Part shown: positions 1 to 8,847 of the stretch, in pieces
Layout of the letters: each line of letters begins with the position of its first letter
Numbering within the stretch: position 1 is the first letter of the stretch
Assembly: GCA_017410065.1 (NCBI GenBank)
Contig: JAFQRL010000004.1
Coordinates: 5,856 to 69,855, forward strand
From: Clostridia bacterium
Lineage (GTDB): Bacteria > Bacillota > Clostridia > Oscillospirales > CAG-272
DNA length: 64,000 nucleotides
Reading direction: 5' to 3'
Notes under the pieces: generated by a model
The model's input: only the letters and a program-made list of their open reading frames with translations
The model's database searches: none
What the model was told of the DNA's origin: nothing
Translations under genes and position numbers: made by a program

Positions 1-351
1 ACCGTCTACAAATCCTGCCTTGATCTCGAAGCAATTGATCTTATCTGCAAACTGCTTCATAATCTTTGCGGGAGCGATGGGATCGTCCTGGCTCATTGCA
101 ATAGCGGTCATACCCGAGAGGTACTGCTTCATATCACCGTAACCTGCGATGTCGCAAGCTCTGCCGGTGAGAGTGTTCTTCATAACAGCGTATTCAACGC
201 CTGCCTTACGAAGAGCAGCACGGAGCTCGGTGTCCTCAGAAACCTTAATGCCTTCATACTTAACGAGAACGCCGGCAGCGGCTGTCTGCATTTTAGCTGC
301 AAGAGCTTCAACTACCTGCTTCTTCTCTTCAAGAATCTTGTTGCTTGGCAT
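1..351 (-). CDS. rplJ: 50S ribosomal protein L10, 5' part (CDS runs off the window start)
   Basis: Absent from the ORF track because there is no stop in the window. Minus-strand translation from ATG 351-349 gives MPSNKILEEKKQVVEALAAKMQTAAAGVLVKYEGIKVSEDTELRAALRKAGVEYAVMKNTL..., which is typical L10. A GGAGGTGG Shine-Dalgarno lies just upstream. Confidence 0.85.
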   Translation of the reverse strand, partial: MPSNKILEEKKQVVEALAAKMQTAAAGVLVKYEGIKVSEDTELRAALRKAGVEYAVMKNTLTGRACDIAGYGDMKQYLSGMTAIAMSQDDPIAPAKIMKQFADKINCFEIKAGFVDG

Positions 352-508
352 TTTTCCACCTCCATAAAATTTCAATAAAAAACATCCTTTTCCGCAAAAG
401 GCATACTACCTCCGAGAAAAGGACAACAAAAATAATAAATATTCAAGTTATTCTCACCTCGGCAGGAAAGCTTGCGCTTTTACCGGAAACCTGCTGTCTT
501 AGGATACC
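352..508 (-). promoter_or_regulatory. rplJ 5' leader (L10-leader-type region) with an attenuator hairpin CCUUUU-GCGG-AAAAGG plus U-run at 373-401
   Basis: About 155 nt of untranslated leader lies between a canonical promoter and the rplJ ATG. It contains an intrinsic-terminator-like hairpin followed by UUUUUUAUU. Firmicutes rplJ is known to be controlled by an L10 leader. No covariance-model check was possible. Confidence 0.5.
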
Positions 509-514
509 TATGGT

Positions 515-543
515 ATTATACTAAATTTTTCTCTGCTTGTCAA
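515..543 (-). promoter_or_regulatory. sigma-A type promoter of rplJ (TTGACA - 17 bp - TATAAT)
   Basis: Minus strand reads TTGACAAGCAGAGAAAAATTTAGTATAAT. The -35 is at 543-538 and the -10 at 520-515. Confidence 0.7.
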
Positions 544-686
544 GGGGTTTTATGAAAAAAGTTGAAAAAATTTTAAACCGAAGGCGCTTTTGGGAAAAGA
601 TTCTTTAAGCCGTATTTTTTATATCATTTAAAACCCCAACTATTAACAATTCTCTCTCCCCACACCTTTCGTGCTTTATTACTTTT

Positions 687-714
687 GAAGCACCGCACAT
701 AGGTGCGGTGCTTC
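687..714. other. perfect 12-bp stem / 4-nt loop hairpin GAAGCACCGCAC-ATAG-GTGCGGTGCTTC
   Basis: Read directly. It lies downstream of the 826-2181 gene, but no U-run follows it on either strand, so it is not a textbook terminator. Confidence 0.4.
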
Positions 715-716
715 GA

Positions 717-841
717 TGACTTTGGCTTTAATTATTGTCTCTTCTATCAATTTTCGGCTTCAAATATTATTTGCTCCACCAATTTCGGCTTCAATTATTA
801 TTTGCTCCACCGATTTCGGCTTCAATTATTCACCGTCCATA
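717..841. repeat. about 31-bp tandem repeat, 4 degenerate copies (ATTTCGGCTTCAATTATTATTTGCTCCACC-like)
   Basis: Units start near 717, 748, 780 and 811. The last copy overlaps the stop codon (826-828) of the membrane-protein gene. Confidence 0.8.
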
Positions 842-2181
842 TATTCAGCCATAGCCTTGCCCGAGAGAAGCTTCTTTTTATCCTCCCTTGAAAGCCCTCC
901 CGAAAGAACCTTTGAGAGCACCACCGCAAGCACCTCGCCGACGAGCATTATTACAGCACCTGCCAGAGCCCAGCCGAGAGAGCCGCTATTGAAGCTGCCC
1001 TCGGGAAGGAAGCTTGCGTCTCCTGCGGGAGCGGTTGACGTTGGATCAAGATAAAGATGCATCGAGCCCGATACCGCAAAGGGAGCCACACAGCAGATCA
1101 CCGCAAAAAGAGCAAGGTGAGCATGGCCGCTATGAGCCGCGCCTGCGAGAGAGATACGGCGCGAGAGCTTATCTCCAAGGCTCACGGCTATCGCGGCAAA
1201 AAGCGCGTATGCTATCATAAGCACGCCTGTGAATATATACGAATTATTGATGAGGAGAGATGGGTCGTTTGCCGATATAGACTCTATTTTTGCAAGATAG
1301 GGTATAAAGTCTCCCGAAACAAATGCCGAAAGTGCCCCTGTGCCAAGAAGATTAAAGAAGAAGATAAAGAAGCCCGCAAGCGAGATGAGAGCACTACCCT
1401 GAACGATATTAAGATAAATAAGCTCGTCCTTATTATATTCGCGTGCTCTTGTGATAAGCGCGTTGATCAGCGCACAGCAAAGAGCGAATATCAGCACAGC
1501 CACAGCACCGAAGCCTGCGGAGATCCCAGGGCAGACGGATTGGATTAGCATCAGGAAAAGGGGAATCAATATGATCGATTGGAGACTTCCGCCGAGCTTG
1601 CCCGCGATCGCCTCGGGGGTGCGTATGCCTCTTATGAAGGTGATCACCGCAAGGATCGCCTTAACGAGCAGTATCACGGGAAGCGCCAATGCAAGAATAA
1701 GCATAATTATAAAGCCGAGAAGACTGATTATAACCTTGAATATGACCGCGAACATATTTTCGCCGCCCGAGCCCTCTCTGATGCGGGAAATTATGGCCGT
1801 AATCGCGCTGACGGTTATGAGCGAGCGTTTGCCCGACTCGGTTTCAAGCTCGGCTCTCAGGGCATCCGCCGCCTCAAGGGAATTATTCGCCGCGGCACCG
1901 GATATTCTGAAATACATACTGAAGGAGCTTATGATGCCGATAGGAGATACGGATATTTTACCGCCTATCTCGGAGCTCTCGATGGGAGAGCCTGTTACCT
2001 CCTCCACGGTCTCCATAATGCTTTCCTTAAGAGTGCCGCCGCTCTCGCCGAAGCCCACGGCATCCGTATTAATATTAATAAGAGGAAGCATACTGAAAAC
2101 GAAGGAAAGGAGAATAAGGAGCGCGCTGACCGTCGCCTGTATCGCCGCTACCCTTCTTTTTGATATATTTTTGATCAACAT
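826..2181 (-). CDS. polytopic membrane protein, function unknown
   Basis: 451-aa ORF with many long hydrophobic segments. No motif recognised. Confidence 0.6.
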   Translation of the reverse strand: MLIKNISKRRVAAIQATVSALLILLSFVFSMLPLININTDAVGFGESGGTLKESIMETVEEVTGSPIESSEIGGKISVSPIGIISSFSMYFRISGAAANNSLEAADALRAELETESGKRSLITVSAITAIISRIREGSGGENMFAVIFKVIISLLGFIIMLILALALPVILLVKAILAVITFIRGIRTPEAIAGKLGGSLQSIILIPLFLMLIQSVCPGISAGFGAVAVLIFALCCALINALITRAREYNKDELIYLNIVQGSALISLAGFFIFFFNLLGTGALSAFVSGDFIPYLAKIESISANDPSLLINNSYIFTGVLMIAYALFAAIAVSLGDKLSRRISLAGAAHSGHAHLALFAVICCVAPFAVSGSMHLYLDPTSTAPAGDASFLPEGSFNSGSLGWALAGAVIMLVGEVLAVVLSKVLSGGLSREDKKKLLSGKAMAEYMDGE

Positions 2182-2199
2182 TCTTTACTCCGAAACAAA

Positions 2200-2856
2200 T
2201 TACTTTGAGAGTATTTTCGCAAGCTCCCTTTCAAAGAAGGGCATAACTCGCTTCATTCCCTCCACGTTCAGGTGGCAAACGTCACCGGGCACCCAGCAAA
2301 ACTCACGGCGGAATTCGGGGTCACGCATATCGACGAGGGTGGTTTGGGGGTCGGTGGCATCTATGCAGGGCACGCCCATATTTTCGCACACGTCCTTCAT
2401 TGCATCCGTGTATGCGGAGGTGGGAAGACCGATGGCGTTTTCCCTTTGCCCAACGCCCCAGAAGGTGACGCAAACGACTGTCGCCTTGGGGAATCTTTCT
2501 CTGAGACTTTCGATAACCTTTGAGAGCGCACCGCGGAAGGTTGAGATATCGTCACCTATCACGCCGAGGGCAGCCGCCTTATTATAATCGTTTCTGCCTC
2601 CCTCGACCACGATCAGCTCGGGGTCCTCAAGGGTGATATCCGAAAGCCTTGATACGATGGGACGTGCACCGCCCTCGCAAGCAGAAAGAGTGCAACCGTT
2701 TGAGCCGCAGTTTTCACTTATCATTTCATATTTATCCGAAAGAAGAGCTATCCAGGAGTTTTCCTTGCCTATGCCGTGACCGCCGAAAAGGCTATCGCCG
2801 ATAAAGGCGGCGCGCAGACCCTTCAGATTTTCATAATAAACGCTAGAAGCTTCCAT
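2200..2856 (-). CDS. SGNH/GDSL-family hydrolase
   Basis: Block I FIGDSLF, block III GGRNDY, block V DVCHLN (D-x-x-H). Confidence 0.75.
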   Translation of the reverse strand: MEASSVYYENLKGLRAAFIGDSLFGGHGIGKENSWIALLSDKYEMISENCGSNGCTLSACEGGARPIVSRLSDITLEDPELIVVEGGRNDYNKAAALGVIGDDISTFRGALSKVIESLRERFPKATVVCVTFWGVGQRENAIGLPTSAYTDAMKDVCENMGVPCIDATDPQTTLVDMRDPEFRREFCWVPGDVCHLNVEGMKRVMPFFERELAKILSK

Positions 2857-2896
2857 AATATGTACCTTTCAAATTGTTGCTTTTGTTTGTCCGCTT

Positions 2897-3841
2897 TTAT
2901 TTATATTCGTTTTTTTCCTTAAGCACCTTATAGATGGATCTATAAGAGGCAAGCCTGCTCTCGGGTATCCTTCCCTCTGCCGCCGCCTGTGCAACGGCGC
3001 ACTCGTCTGCTCCCTCGCCAACGTGGGCACAGTCTGCGTAGCGGCATTTTCCAACGTAGGGAAGCAGCTCGCGGAAGGTTGGAAGGAGCTCGTCCAGGGA
3101 GAAGAAATCAAACCTTGCGAAGTCCACGAGAGAAAAGCCGGGAGTATCCGCAAGGAAGCCTGCCGAGGCTCCCTCTCCTATATCGAATATCTCAACGTGA
3201 CGGGTGGTGTGCCTGCCTCGCTCGATCTTTCGGGATATCTCGGCGGTTGCCAGAGAGAGCCCTGGGAAAAGCGCGTTCATCAGAGTCGATTTTCCAACGC
3301 CCGAGGCACCCGCGAAGGCGGCGGTCTTACCGTCCCTTATATGCTCCCTTATGTAATCCGAAAGCGAGGTGAGTCCCTCTCCTCCGACAGACGAGGTTAT
3401 AAAGGCGGGTATGCCCACCTTTTCGTATATATCCCTGTATTCGACCGCCGCGCCGTCCGAAAGATCGGACTTTGTGATAACGACCACGGGCAGTATGGAA
3501 TTATGCTCGGCTATGGCAACAAGCTTATCCACAGTCTCGATAACGGGACTTGGCTTCATAGCGGCAAATACTATAAAAAGATAATCAAGATTTGCAAGAG
3601 GGGGGCGAATTAGGGCGTTTTTTCTTTCCTCGATCTCCGCGATAACTATGCTATCGGGGGTATCCTCATCCACGCTGACCTTAACGTTATCGCCGATGAG
3701 CACCTTGGAATCGTCTCTTTTCAGATTACCCTTGGCGCGACAGGCGAGGCGCGAGAGGCTTCCGTCCTCCTCTATTATCCGCACATCAAAAAGTCCGCCC
3801 AGACCCTTGACGACCTTTCCGCGTTTTTCGATAGCCTGCAT
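2897..3841 (-). CDS. rsgA: ribosome small-subunit-dependent GTPase A
   Basis: N-terminal OB-like segment GKVVKGLGGLFDV, circularly permuted GTPase motifs (VITKSDL before GASGVGKSTLMNAL), C-terminal Cys/His cluster CRYADCAHVGEGADC. Confidence 0.9.
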   Translation of the reverse strand: MQAIEKRGKVVKGLGGLFDVRIIEEDGSLSRLACRAKGNLKRDDSKVLIGDNVKVSVDEDTPDSIVIAEIEERKNALIRPPLANLDYLFIVFAAMKPSPVIETVDKLVAIAEHNSILPVVVITKSDLSDGAAVEYRDIYEKVGIPAFITSSVGGEGLTSLSDYIREHIRDGKTAAFAGASGVGKSTLMNALFPGLSLATAEISRKIERGRHTTRHVEIFDIGEGASAGFLADTPGFSLVDFARFDFFSLDELLPTFRELLPYVGKCRYADCAHVGEGADECAVAQAAAEGRIPESRLASYRSIYKVLKEKNEYK

Positions 3842-3844
3842 TTA

Positions 3845-4180
3845 TTACTCCGAGAGGCACGCGGAGATGCGGCGCTCAATTGTACCGATGCTTTTCTTGA
3901 CGAGCTTATAGTTCTCCTCGGTGCTTTTCCCTTCAAGAAGAAGGACCTTCGATACGAAGGATATCTCCGAGCAGGCATCAAGCGCAAGATTGAGGCGGCG
4001 GACGAGGCTGATCTCGTCTCTCGAATATTTGAGGGAGCTGAGGGCAGATCCCAATGAGATCACAGATGCGAAAAGCTTTTCCTTATAAGGGTCGCCCTGT
4101 ACATCCGAGCCGAAAAGCCTTGATACAAGCACGGCAAACTCTGCCGCATCATCGCGAAGCTGATTTCTGTTTGTTGCCAT
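3845..4180 (-). CDS. small helical hypothetical protein
   Basis: 111-aa ORF tightly packed between rlmN and rsgA, where B. subtilis has prpC-prkC. No motif recognised. Confidence 0.45.
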   Translation of the reverse strand: MATNRNQLRDDAAEFAVLVSRLFGSDVQGDPYKEKLFASVISLGSALSSLKYSRDEISLVRRLNLALDACSEISFVSKVLLLEGKSTEENYKLVKKSIGTIERRISACLSE

Positions 4181-4199
4181 AATTAACTTCTCCTCATTT

Positions 4200-5252
4200 T
4201 TATTTTAGATCGTTATTCATACTTTGACGGCGAAGCTGACCGCAAGCGGCGTTTACGTCGCTGCCGAGCCTTCTTCTCACGGTTGCAACAACTCCGCGCG
4301 CTTCAAGAGCCGCGGCGAAGGCGTTCACCGATTCTGCGGAGCCTCGCTTAAAGCCTGTTTCCTCCACCTCGTTCACTCTGATGAGATTTACGTGCAGAGG
4401 TGCGCCTGTGCCGCGAAAGGCGGAGGTGAGCAGGGTCGCAAGCTCGCTTGCATCCGACTGCGTGTCGTTTTTACCCGAAATAAGGGTGTATTCAAATGAT
4501 ATGCGCCTGCCTGTTTTCTTGTAATAATCAACGCAAGCGGTGAGCAGCTCGGATATATTCCACTTTTTATTAACAGGCATTATTGCCGAGCGCTGCTCGT
4601 CGGTTGCCGCGTGAAGCGAGATCGAAAGAGTGATGGGAAGATCCACCTCGGCAAGCTTATATATCCCGGGCACGACGCCGCAGGTTGAAAGGGATATATG
4701 GCGATAGCCGATGTTGATGCCGTCGGGATGGTTAACGAGCTTCAGGAATTTCACCACGTTATCGAAATTATCAAGAGGCTCACCGATGCCCATCATAACT
4801 ATGTTTGACACCCTCTCGCCCGAATCACGAGCCGCTACCGCGACCTGACCGAGAAGCTCGGAGGGCAGAAGGTCGCGCACCTTGCCGCCGATGGTAGAGG
4901 CACAGAAGCGACAGCCCATATAACAGCCCACCTGGCTGGATATGCAAAGCGAATTTCCGTGCTTATATTTCATCAGCACGCTTTCAATGCAGGAGCCGTC
5001 GTGAAGGCGGAATAAGTATTTTACCGTACCGTCTATCTTTGAGACGAGCTTGCGCTCGACCCTTGGAAGCGAATCAAGAGCCTCCTCCCGAAGTCGGGCG
5101 CGAAGCGGCTTTGAAAGCATTGTGAGCTCCTCTATAAGCGAGCCGATATTAAGCCTCGGAAAGACCTGCTTTGCGCGGAATTTTGGCTCGCCGAGCGAGA
5201 GGAAATACTCCTCCAGCTCCTCGGGGAGCATAGAATAAATATCGGTTTTCAT
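4200..5252 (-). CDS. rlmN: 23S rRNA/tRNA adenine-C2 methyltransferase RlmN (radical SAM)
   Basis: CxxxCxxC radical-SAM motif in SSQVGCYMGCRFCAS, plus MGIGEPL. The likely start is MKTDIY at 5252, which overlaps the rsmB stop by 1 nt (TAATG). The ORF-track start at 5291 is probably too long. Confidence 0.9.
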   Translation of the reverse strand: MKTDIYSMLPEELEEYFLSLGEPKFRAKQVFPRLNIGSLIEELTMLSKPLRARLREEALDSLPRVERKLVSKIDGTVKYLFRLHDGSCIESVLMKYKHGNSLCISSQVGCYMGCRFCASTIGGKVRDLLPSELLGQVAVAARDSGERVSNIVMMGIGEPLDNFDNVVKFLKLVNHPDGINIGYRHISLSTCGVVPGIYKLAEVDLPITLSISLHAATDEQRSAIMPVNKKWNISELLTACVDYYKKTGRRISFEYTLISGKNDTQSDASELATLLTSAFRGTGAPLHVNLIRVNEVEETGFKRGSAESVNAFAAALEARGVVATVRRRLGSDVNAACGQLRRQSMNNDLK

Positions 5253-6562
5253 TATTTTCTCCTGATCCTTGCAACGAAGAAGCCGTCGCATCCGTGGCGC
5301 GAGGGCACGAGAGTGAGTCTTCCGCCCTCGGAGGCAAAGCCCGCCGCGGTGAAGTCTATTGGCTCAAACTCGGGATTTGCTTCAAGGAATTTATCTATTA
5401 CCTCGCCGTTTTCCGAAGGAAGAAGGGTGCAGGTCGAATAGGTGAGAATACCGCCCGACCTGAGGTATTTCGCGCTTTCGGTGAGGATATTCAGCTGAAG
5501 CTCGGGAAGAGCCTCAACGCCCTCGGGAGCCTTATAGCGGAGGTCTGCCTTTTTGCCGAGCACTCCAAGCCCCGAGCAGGGAACGTCGCAGATAACTCTG
5601 TCTGCCTTACCGATAAGAGTGGGGTCTGGCTCAAGGGCATCTCTTTGCTCTGCCTTGACAGAGGAAAGCCCAAGTCTCTCGGCACCTCCTGTGATAAGCG
5701 AAAGCTTTGCGGAGTGAAGATCAAAGGAGCGGATATCCGCAAGGTCCTTCGTGAGGACCGCCGTGGCAAAGCTCTTTCCGCCGGGGCAAGCGCAGGTGTC
5801 CGCAATAAGCTCGCCCTCCTTTGCGCCGAGAGCTATCGCAGAAATGAGCGAGGCTCTGTCCTGCACGAAGAAGTGACCCTCGGAGAAGCCCGAAAGTCGC
5901 TCGGGATTTACCGAGCGGTGAAGCCTCACGGAGGGAGTGCCCTCGAGCACCTCGGGCTCATAGCCCTCGCCGCGCAGCCTTGCGACAAAGTCTTCGACCG
6001 AAATTTTACACGTGTTTACGGTGAGATCGGTATATTTTTCTTCGTTATAGAATTTGAGTATTTTCTCGGTCTCCTCCCTGCCAAAGAGTCCGTCAAGAGC
6101 CTTGACTATCCAAAGGGGGAAGGAATATTTCACCGAGAGGTATCGTTTATAGTTTTTCTCCTCGGAGGGCATAGGGAGAGAGTCCTTCTCGCGGGCTATG
6201 CGACGAAGCACGCCGTTGACGAAGGAACGCTCGCCCGAGCTTCTTGCCAGCTTCACCGTTTCGTTTACTGCGGCGAAATCGGGTATGGAGCTCATATCAA
6301 GTATCTGGCAGATACCGAGGCGAAGGATATTTTTCGTGTGAGGGTCTATCTTCTCGGACTCGCGGGCGGAAATCGCGGAGATATAATAATCGTAGGATAG
6401 CTTTCTTTCCGCGGTGGTATAGAGAAGGGCTGTCAGCTGTGCGCGCTCCTCGGGCTTCAGGCGATCTGCCTTATGGGAGGAAAGCGCAAGATTTACGTAC
6501 TTGCCCGCCGCCTCCTGCTCGGAGAGGATATCCAGGGCAATTTTTCTTATGTCTGTTTTCAA
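5252..6562 (-). CDS. rsmB: 16S rRNA m5C967 methyltransferase RsmB (NusB-like N-domain)
   Basis: DTCACPGGKS SAM motif, DVPCSGLG catalytic motif, TCT(L) second cysteine. Sits in the fmt-rsmB synteny. Confidence 0.9.
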   Translation of the reverse strand: MKTDIRKIALDILSEQEAAGKYVNLALSSHKADRLKPEERAQLTALLYTTAERKLSYDYYISAISARESEKIDPHTKNILRLGICQILDMSSIPDFAAVNETVKLARSSGERSFVNGVLRRIAREKDSLPMPSEEKNYKRYLSVKYSFPLWIVKALDGLFGREETEKILKFYNEEKYTDLTVNTCKISVEDFVARLRGEGYEPEVLEGTPSVRLHRSVNPERLSGFSEGHFFVQDRASLISAIALGAKEGELIADTCACPGGKSFATAVLTKDLADIRSFDLHSAKLSLITGGAERLGLSSVKAEQRDALEPDPTLIGKADRVICDVPCSGLGVLGKKADLRYKAPEGVEALPELQLNILTESAKYLRSGGILTYSTCTLLPSENGEVIDKFLEANPEFEPIDFTAAGFASEGGRLTLVPSRHGCDGFFVARIRRK

Positions 6563-7278
6563 CGTCTGTTACCTCTGCCTGCAATTCTGACGACGTAGAG
6601 AAGCAATCTTAAGAGATGGATCGCCGACACCGCAAGCGCCGCAACGTAGGTGAGAGCCGCCGCCGTGAGCACTCTGCGAGAGCCGCGAAGCTCGTCGGGA
6701 GCAAACCAGCCCGACGAACCGAGAGCCGCCATAGCTCGCCTTGATGCATCAAACTCGCAAGGGAGCGTGACAAGCTCAAAGAGGGTGGCAAGAGCGAAAA
6801 GAGCAATTCCGCCGATGGCAACGTAGAAGCCGATGACCGTGTTACCGAGAATCATTATAGCAATGCCCGCCATAAGAAGAATCCAGGTAAACCTTGAGGA
6901 AAGGCTCGCCGCGGGAACAAGAGCCGAGCGGAGCTTAACAGGAAAATAGCCTCTTGCGTACTGCACCGCGTGACCCGCCTCGTGCGCCGCCACGCCGACA
7001 GCCGCCGCGGAGGTGCTTTGATAAACCGTGTCCGAAAGCCTGAGGACCTTCGAGCGGGGGTCGTAATGGTCTGTGAGCGAGCCGCTGACTCTTTCTATGC
7101 GCACGTCGAATATTCCGTTTGATCTGAGGATCATTTCGGCGACCTCATAAGCCGTTCTGCCCGAGCGGGTCGGCACTCGGGAATATTTATTAAAGGTGGT
7201 CTTAACCTTGATCTGCGCCGCGACAGCAAGCAGCATTGCGGCTATTGCGGCAATATATAAAACGAGCTCTGCACCCAT
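6559..7278 (-). CDS. membrane-anchored zinc metallopeptidase (Zn_peptidase_2-like)
   Basis: HYDPRSKVLRLSDTVYQSTSAAAVGVAAHEAGHAVQ contains HExxH. Has an N-terminal TM segment and C-terminal TM segments. Confidence 0.7.
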   Translation of the reverse strand: MGAELVLYIAAIAAMLLAVAAQIKVKTTFNKYSRVPTRSGRTAYEVAEMILRSNGIFDVRIERVSGSLTDHYDPRSKVLRLSDTVYQSTSAAAVGVAAHEAGHAVQYARGYFPVKLRSALVPAASLSSRFTWILLMAGIAIMILGNTVIGFYVAIGGIALFALATLFELVTLPCEFDASRRAMAALGSSGWFAPDELRGSRRVLTAAALTYVAALAVSAIHLLRLLLYVVRIAGRGNRR

Positions 7279-8210
7279 TAAGAAAGCACGTCTCCTTTTT
7301 CTATTTTTCTTCCGCGGATAAAGTCGCCCGCGGTCATTTTGCCCTTGCCCTCGGGGATAACGGCGCGCACAAGAAGCGCACCCTCGCCGCAGGCAACCGT
7401 GAAGCTTCCCTCCCCCGAGCCGTCTGTCGCGATGACCTCACCCGGGGCTCCGACGCCGCGCACGGGGCTTGCCTTGCTTATCTTTAGCATTTTGCCATTA
7501 AGATATGCAAATGCACCTGGTATCGGCGTTACGCCTCTTATCTGAAAATCAAGGATTTTTGCTGATTTTGTAAAGTCTAGTTTACAATCTTCCTTTTCTA
7601 TCTTGGCGGCATAGGTGGCAAGGCTATCGTCCTGCGGAGTTCTTTGCGCCACGCCGTCTCTTATATCATAGAGCGCCTTTGAGAGAAGTGCCGAGCCGAT
7701 CTCTGCCGAGCGATCGTGGATCGCCTCAAAATCGTCCTCGGGTCCTATTGGGAATTTTTCCACGGTTATAATGTCTCCCGTGTCAAGCCCCTCGTTCATA
7801 TACATTACCGTAACGCCCGTTTCGCTCTCGCCGTTTATAATGGCGCGCTGCATAGGTGCGGCACCGCGATATTTTGGGAGGAGAGATACGTGCAGATTAA
7901 CACAGCCGTACTTCGGGAAGCTTATCACCGAGGGAGGAAGTATCTTTCCGTATGCCACGACGGCAATAAGCTCGGGAGCTATCTCCGAGAGGAGTGCTGA
8001 AAACGCCTCGTCTCTTAAGGTCCTCGGGGTATAGACGGGAATCCCCAGCTCCTCTGCCTTCTGCTTTGTGGCGGTGGGGGTCATTATCATTTTTCTGCCG
8101 CGAGGCTTATCCTCGCCTGTGACTACGGCGACCACCTCGTGCCCGCGCCGCACAAGCTCATCAAGGCAAATTGCGGATATCTCGGGCGTGCCCATAAACA
8201 TTATTTTCAT
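7278..8210 (-). CDS. fmt: methionyl-tRNA formyltransferase
   Basis: MKIMFMGTPE..., N-x-H-x-S-L-L-P-x-x-R-G motif (VNLHVSLLPKYRGAAP). Adjacent to def. Confidence 0.92.
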   Translation of the reverse strand: MKIMFMGTPEISAICLDELVRRGHEVVAVVTGEDKPRGRKMIMTPTATKQKAEELGIPVYTPRTLRDEAFSALLSEIAPELIAVVAYGKILPPSVISFPKYGCVNLHVSLLPKYRGAAPMQRAIINGESETGVTVMYMNEGLDTGDIITVEKFPIGPEDDFEAIHDRSAEIGSALLSKALYDIRDGVAQRTPQDDSLATYAAKIEKEDCKLDFTKSAKILDFQIRGVTPIPGAFAYLNGKMLKISKASPVRGVGAPGEVIATDGSGEGSFTVACGEGALLVRAVIPEGKGKMTAGDFIRGRKIEKGDVLS

Positions 8211-8282
8211 TGCTTTTTCCTTTTTTGGGGTCTTTGATTTCGGTGTGGACCGAGAGCTTGCGCACCAAGCCGATAGGCGATA

Positions 8283-8762
8283 TCAGCCTTTTTTCTTGCC
8301 GTCGCGCTCGGGGTCGTAGGGGCGGATCTGAACGTCGGTGTAGATCTTTCCGTCAAGGTGATCACATTCGTGGCAGATAGCCCTTGCGAGAAGTCCCTCT
8401 CCAGTGAGCTCATACTGCTTGCCGTCTCTGTTGAGAGCGCGGACGGTGACGTGCATAGGACGCTTCGTGATGCCAAACTGCCCCGGATTTGAAAGGCAGC
8501 CCTCGGTCTCCTCCTGCTCGCCTGCGAATGCGATGATCTTGGGGTTGATAAGCTCGTATACCTTGCCCTCCTCGGTCTCTATGACCGCAACGCGGCGAAG
8601 AACTCCTACCTGCACTGCCGCAAGTCCGCAGCCGTCTGCGCGGCGCATAGTTTCGATCATATCGTCAAGCAGGGTCTTTATTCTTGGGGTGATCTCCTCA
8701 ACAGGTCTTGAGGTCTTGCGAAGAAGGGGATCTCCGAATTTGAGTATTTTAAGAAGTGCCAT
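8283..8762 (-). CDS. def: peptide deformylase
   Basis: GCGLAAVQVG, EGCLS and HECDHL metal-binding motifs. Confidence 0.92.
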   Translation of the reverse strand: MALLKILKFGDPLLRKTSRPVEEITPRIKTLLDDMIETMRRADGCGLAAVQVGVLRRVAVIETEEGKVYELINPKIIAFAGEQEETEGCLSNPGQFGITKRPMHVTVRALNRDGKQYELTGEGLLARAICHECDHLDGKIYTDVQIRPYDPERDGKKKG

Positions 8763-8847
8763 TTTTCTATCCTTTCGTTAGCGACCCATCCACGTGGGAT
8801 AAGTCTGCCTTCCTTCGTTTTCGGTTTCGTTATATTCCCTTTACGAT

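Noticed and set aside
687-714. Calling the 12-bp hairpin a rho-independent terminator of the 826-2181 gene.
   Set aside because: The T-run lies on the 5' side in the plus orientation and an A-run follows in the minus orientation, so neither strand gets hairpin-then-U-tract geometry.
4200-5291. ORF-track N-terminal extensions of rlmN, priA, remA, hlyIII, pgk, fhs, rpsO, the amidotransferase, the oxidoreductase, the 460-aa protein, the lipoprotein and the HpaII-like nuclease.
   Set aside because: In each case an internal start with a good Shine-Dalgarno matches the expected family N-terminus. The extension is basic or odd in composition or overlaps the upstream gene or promoter.
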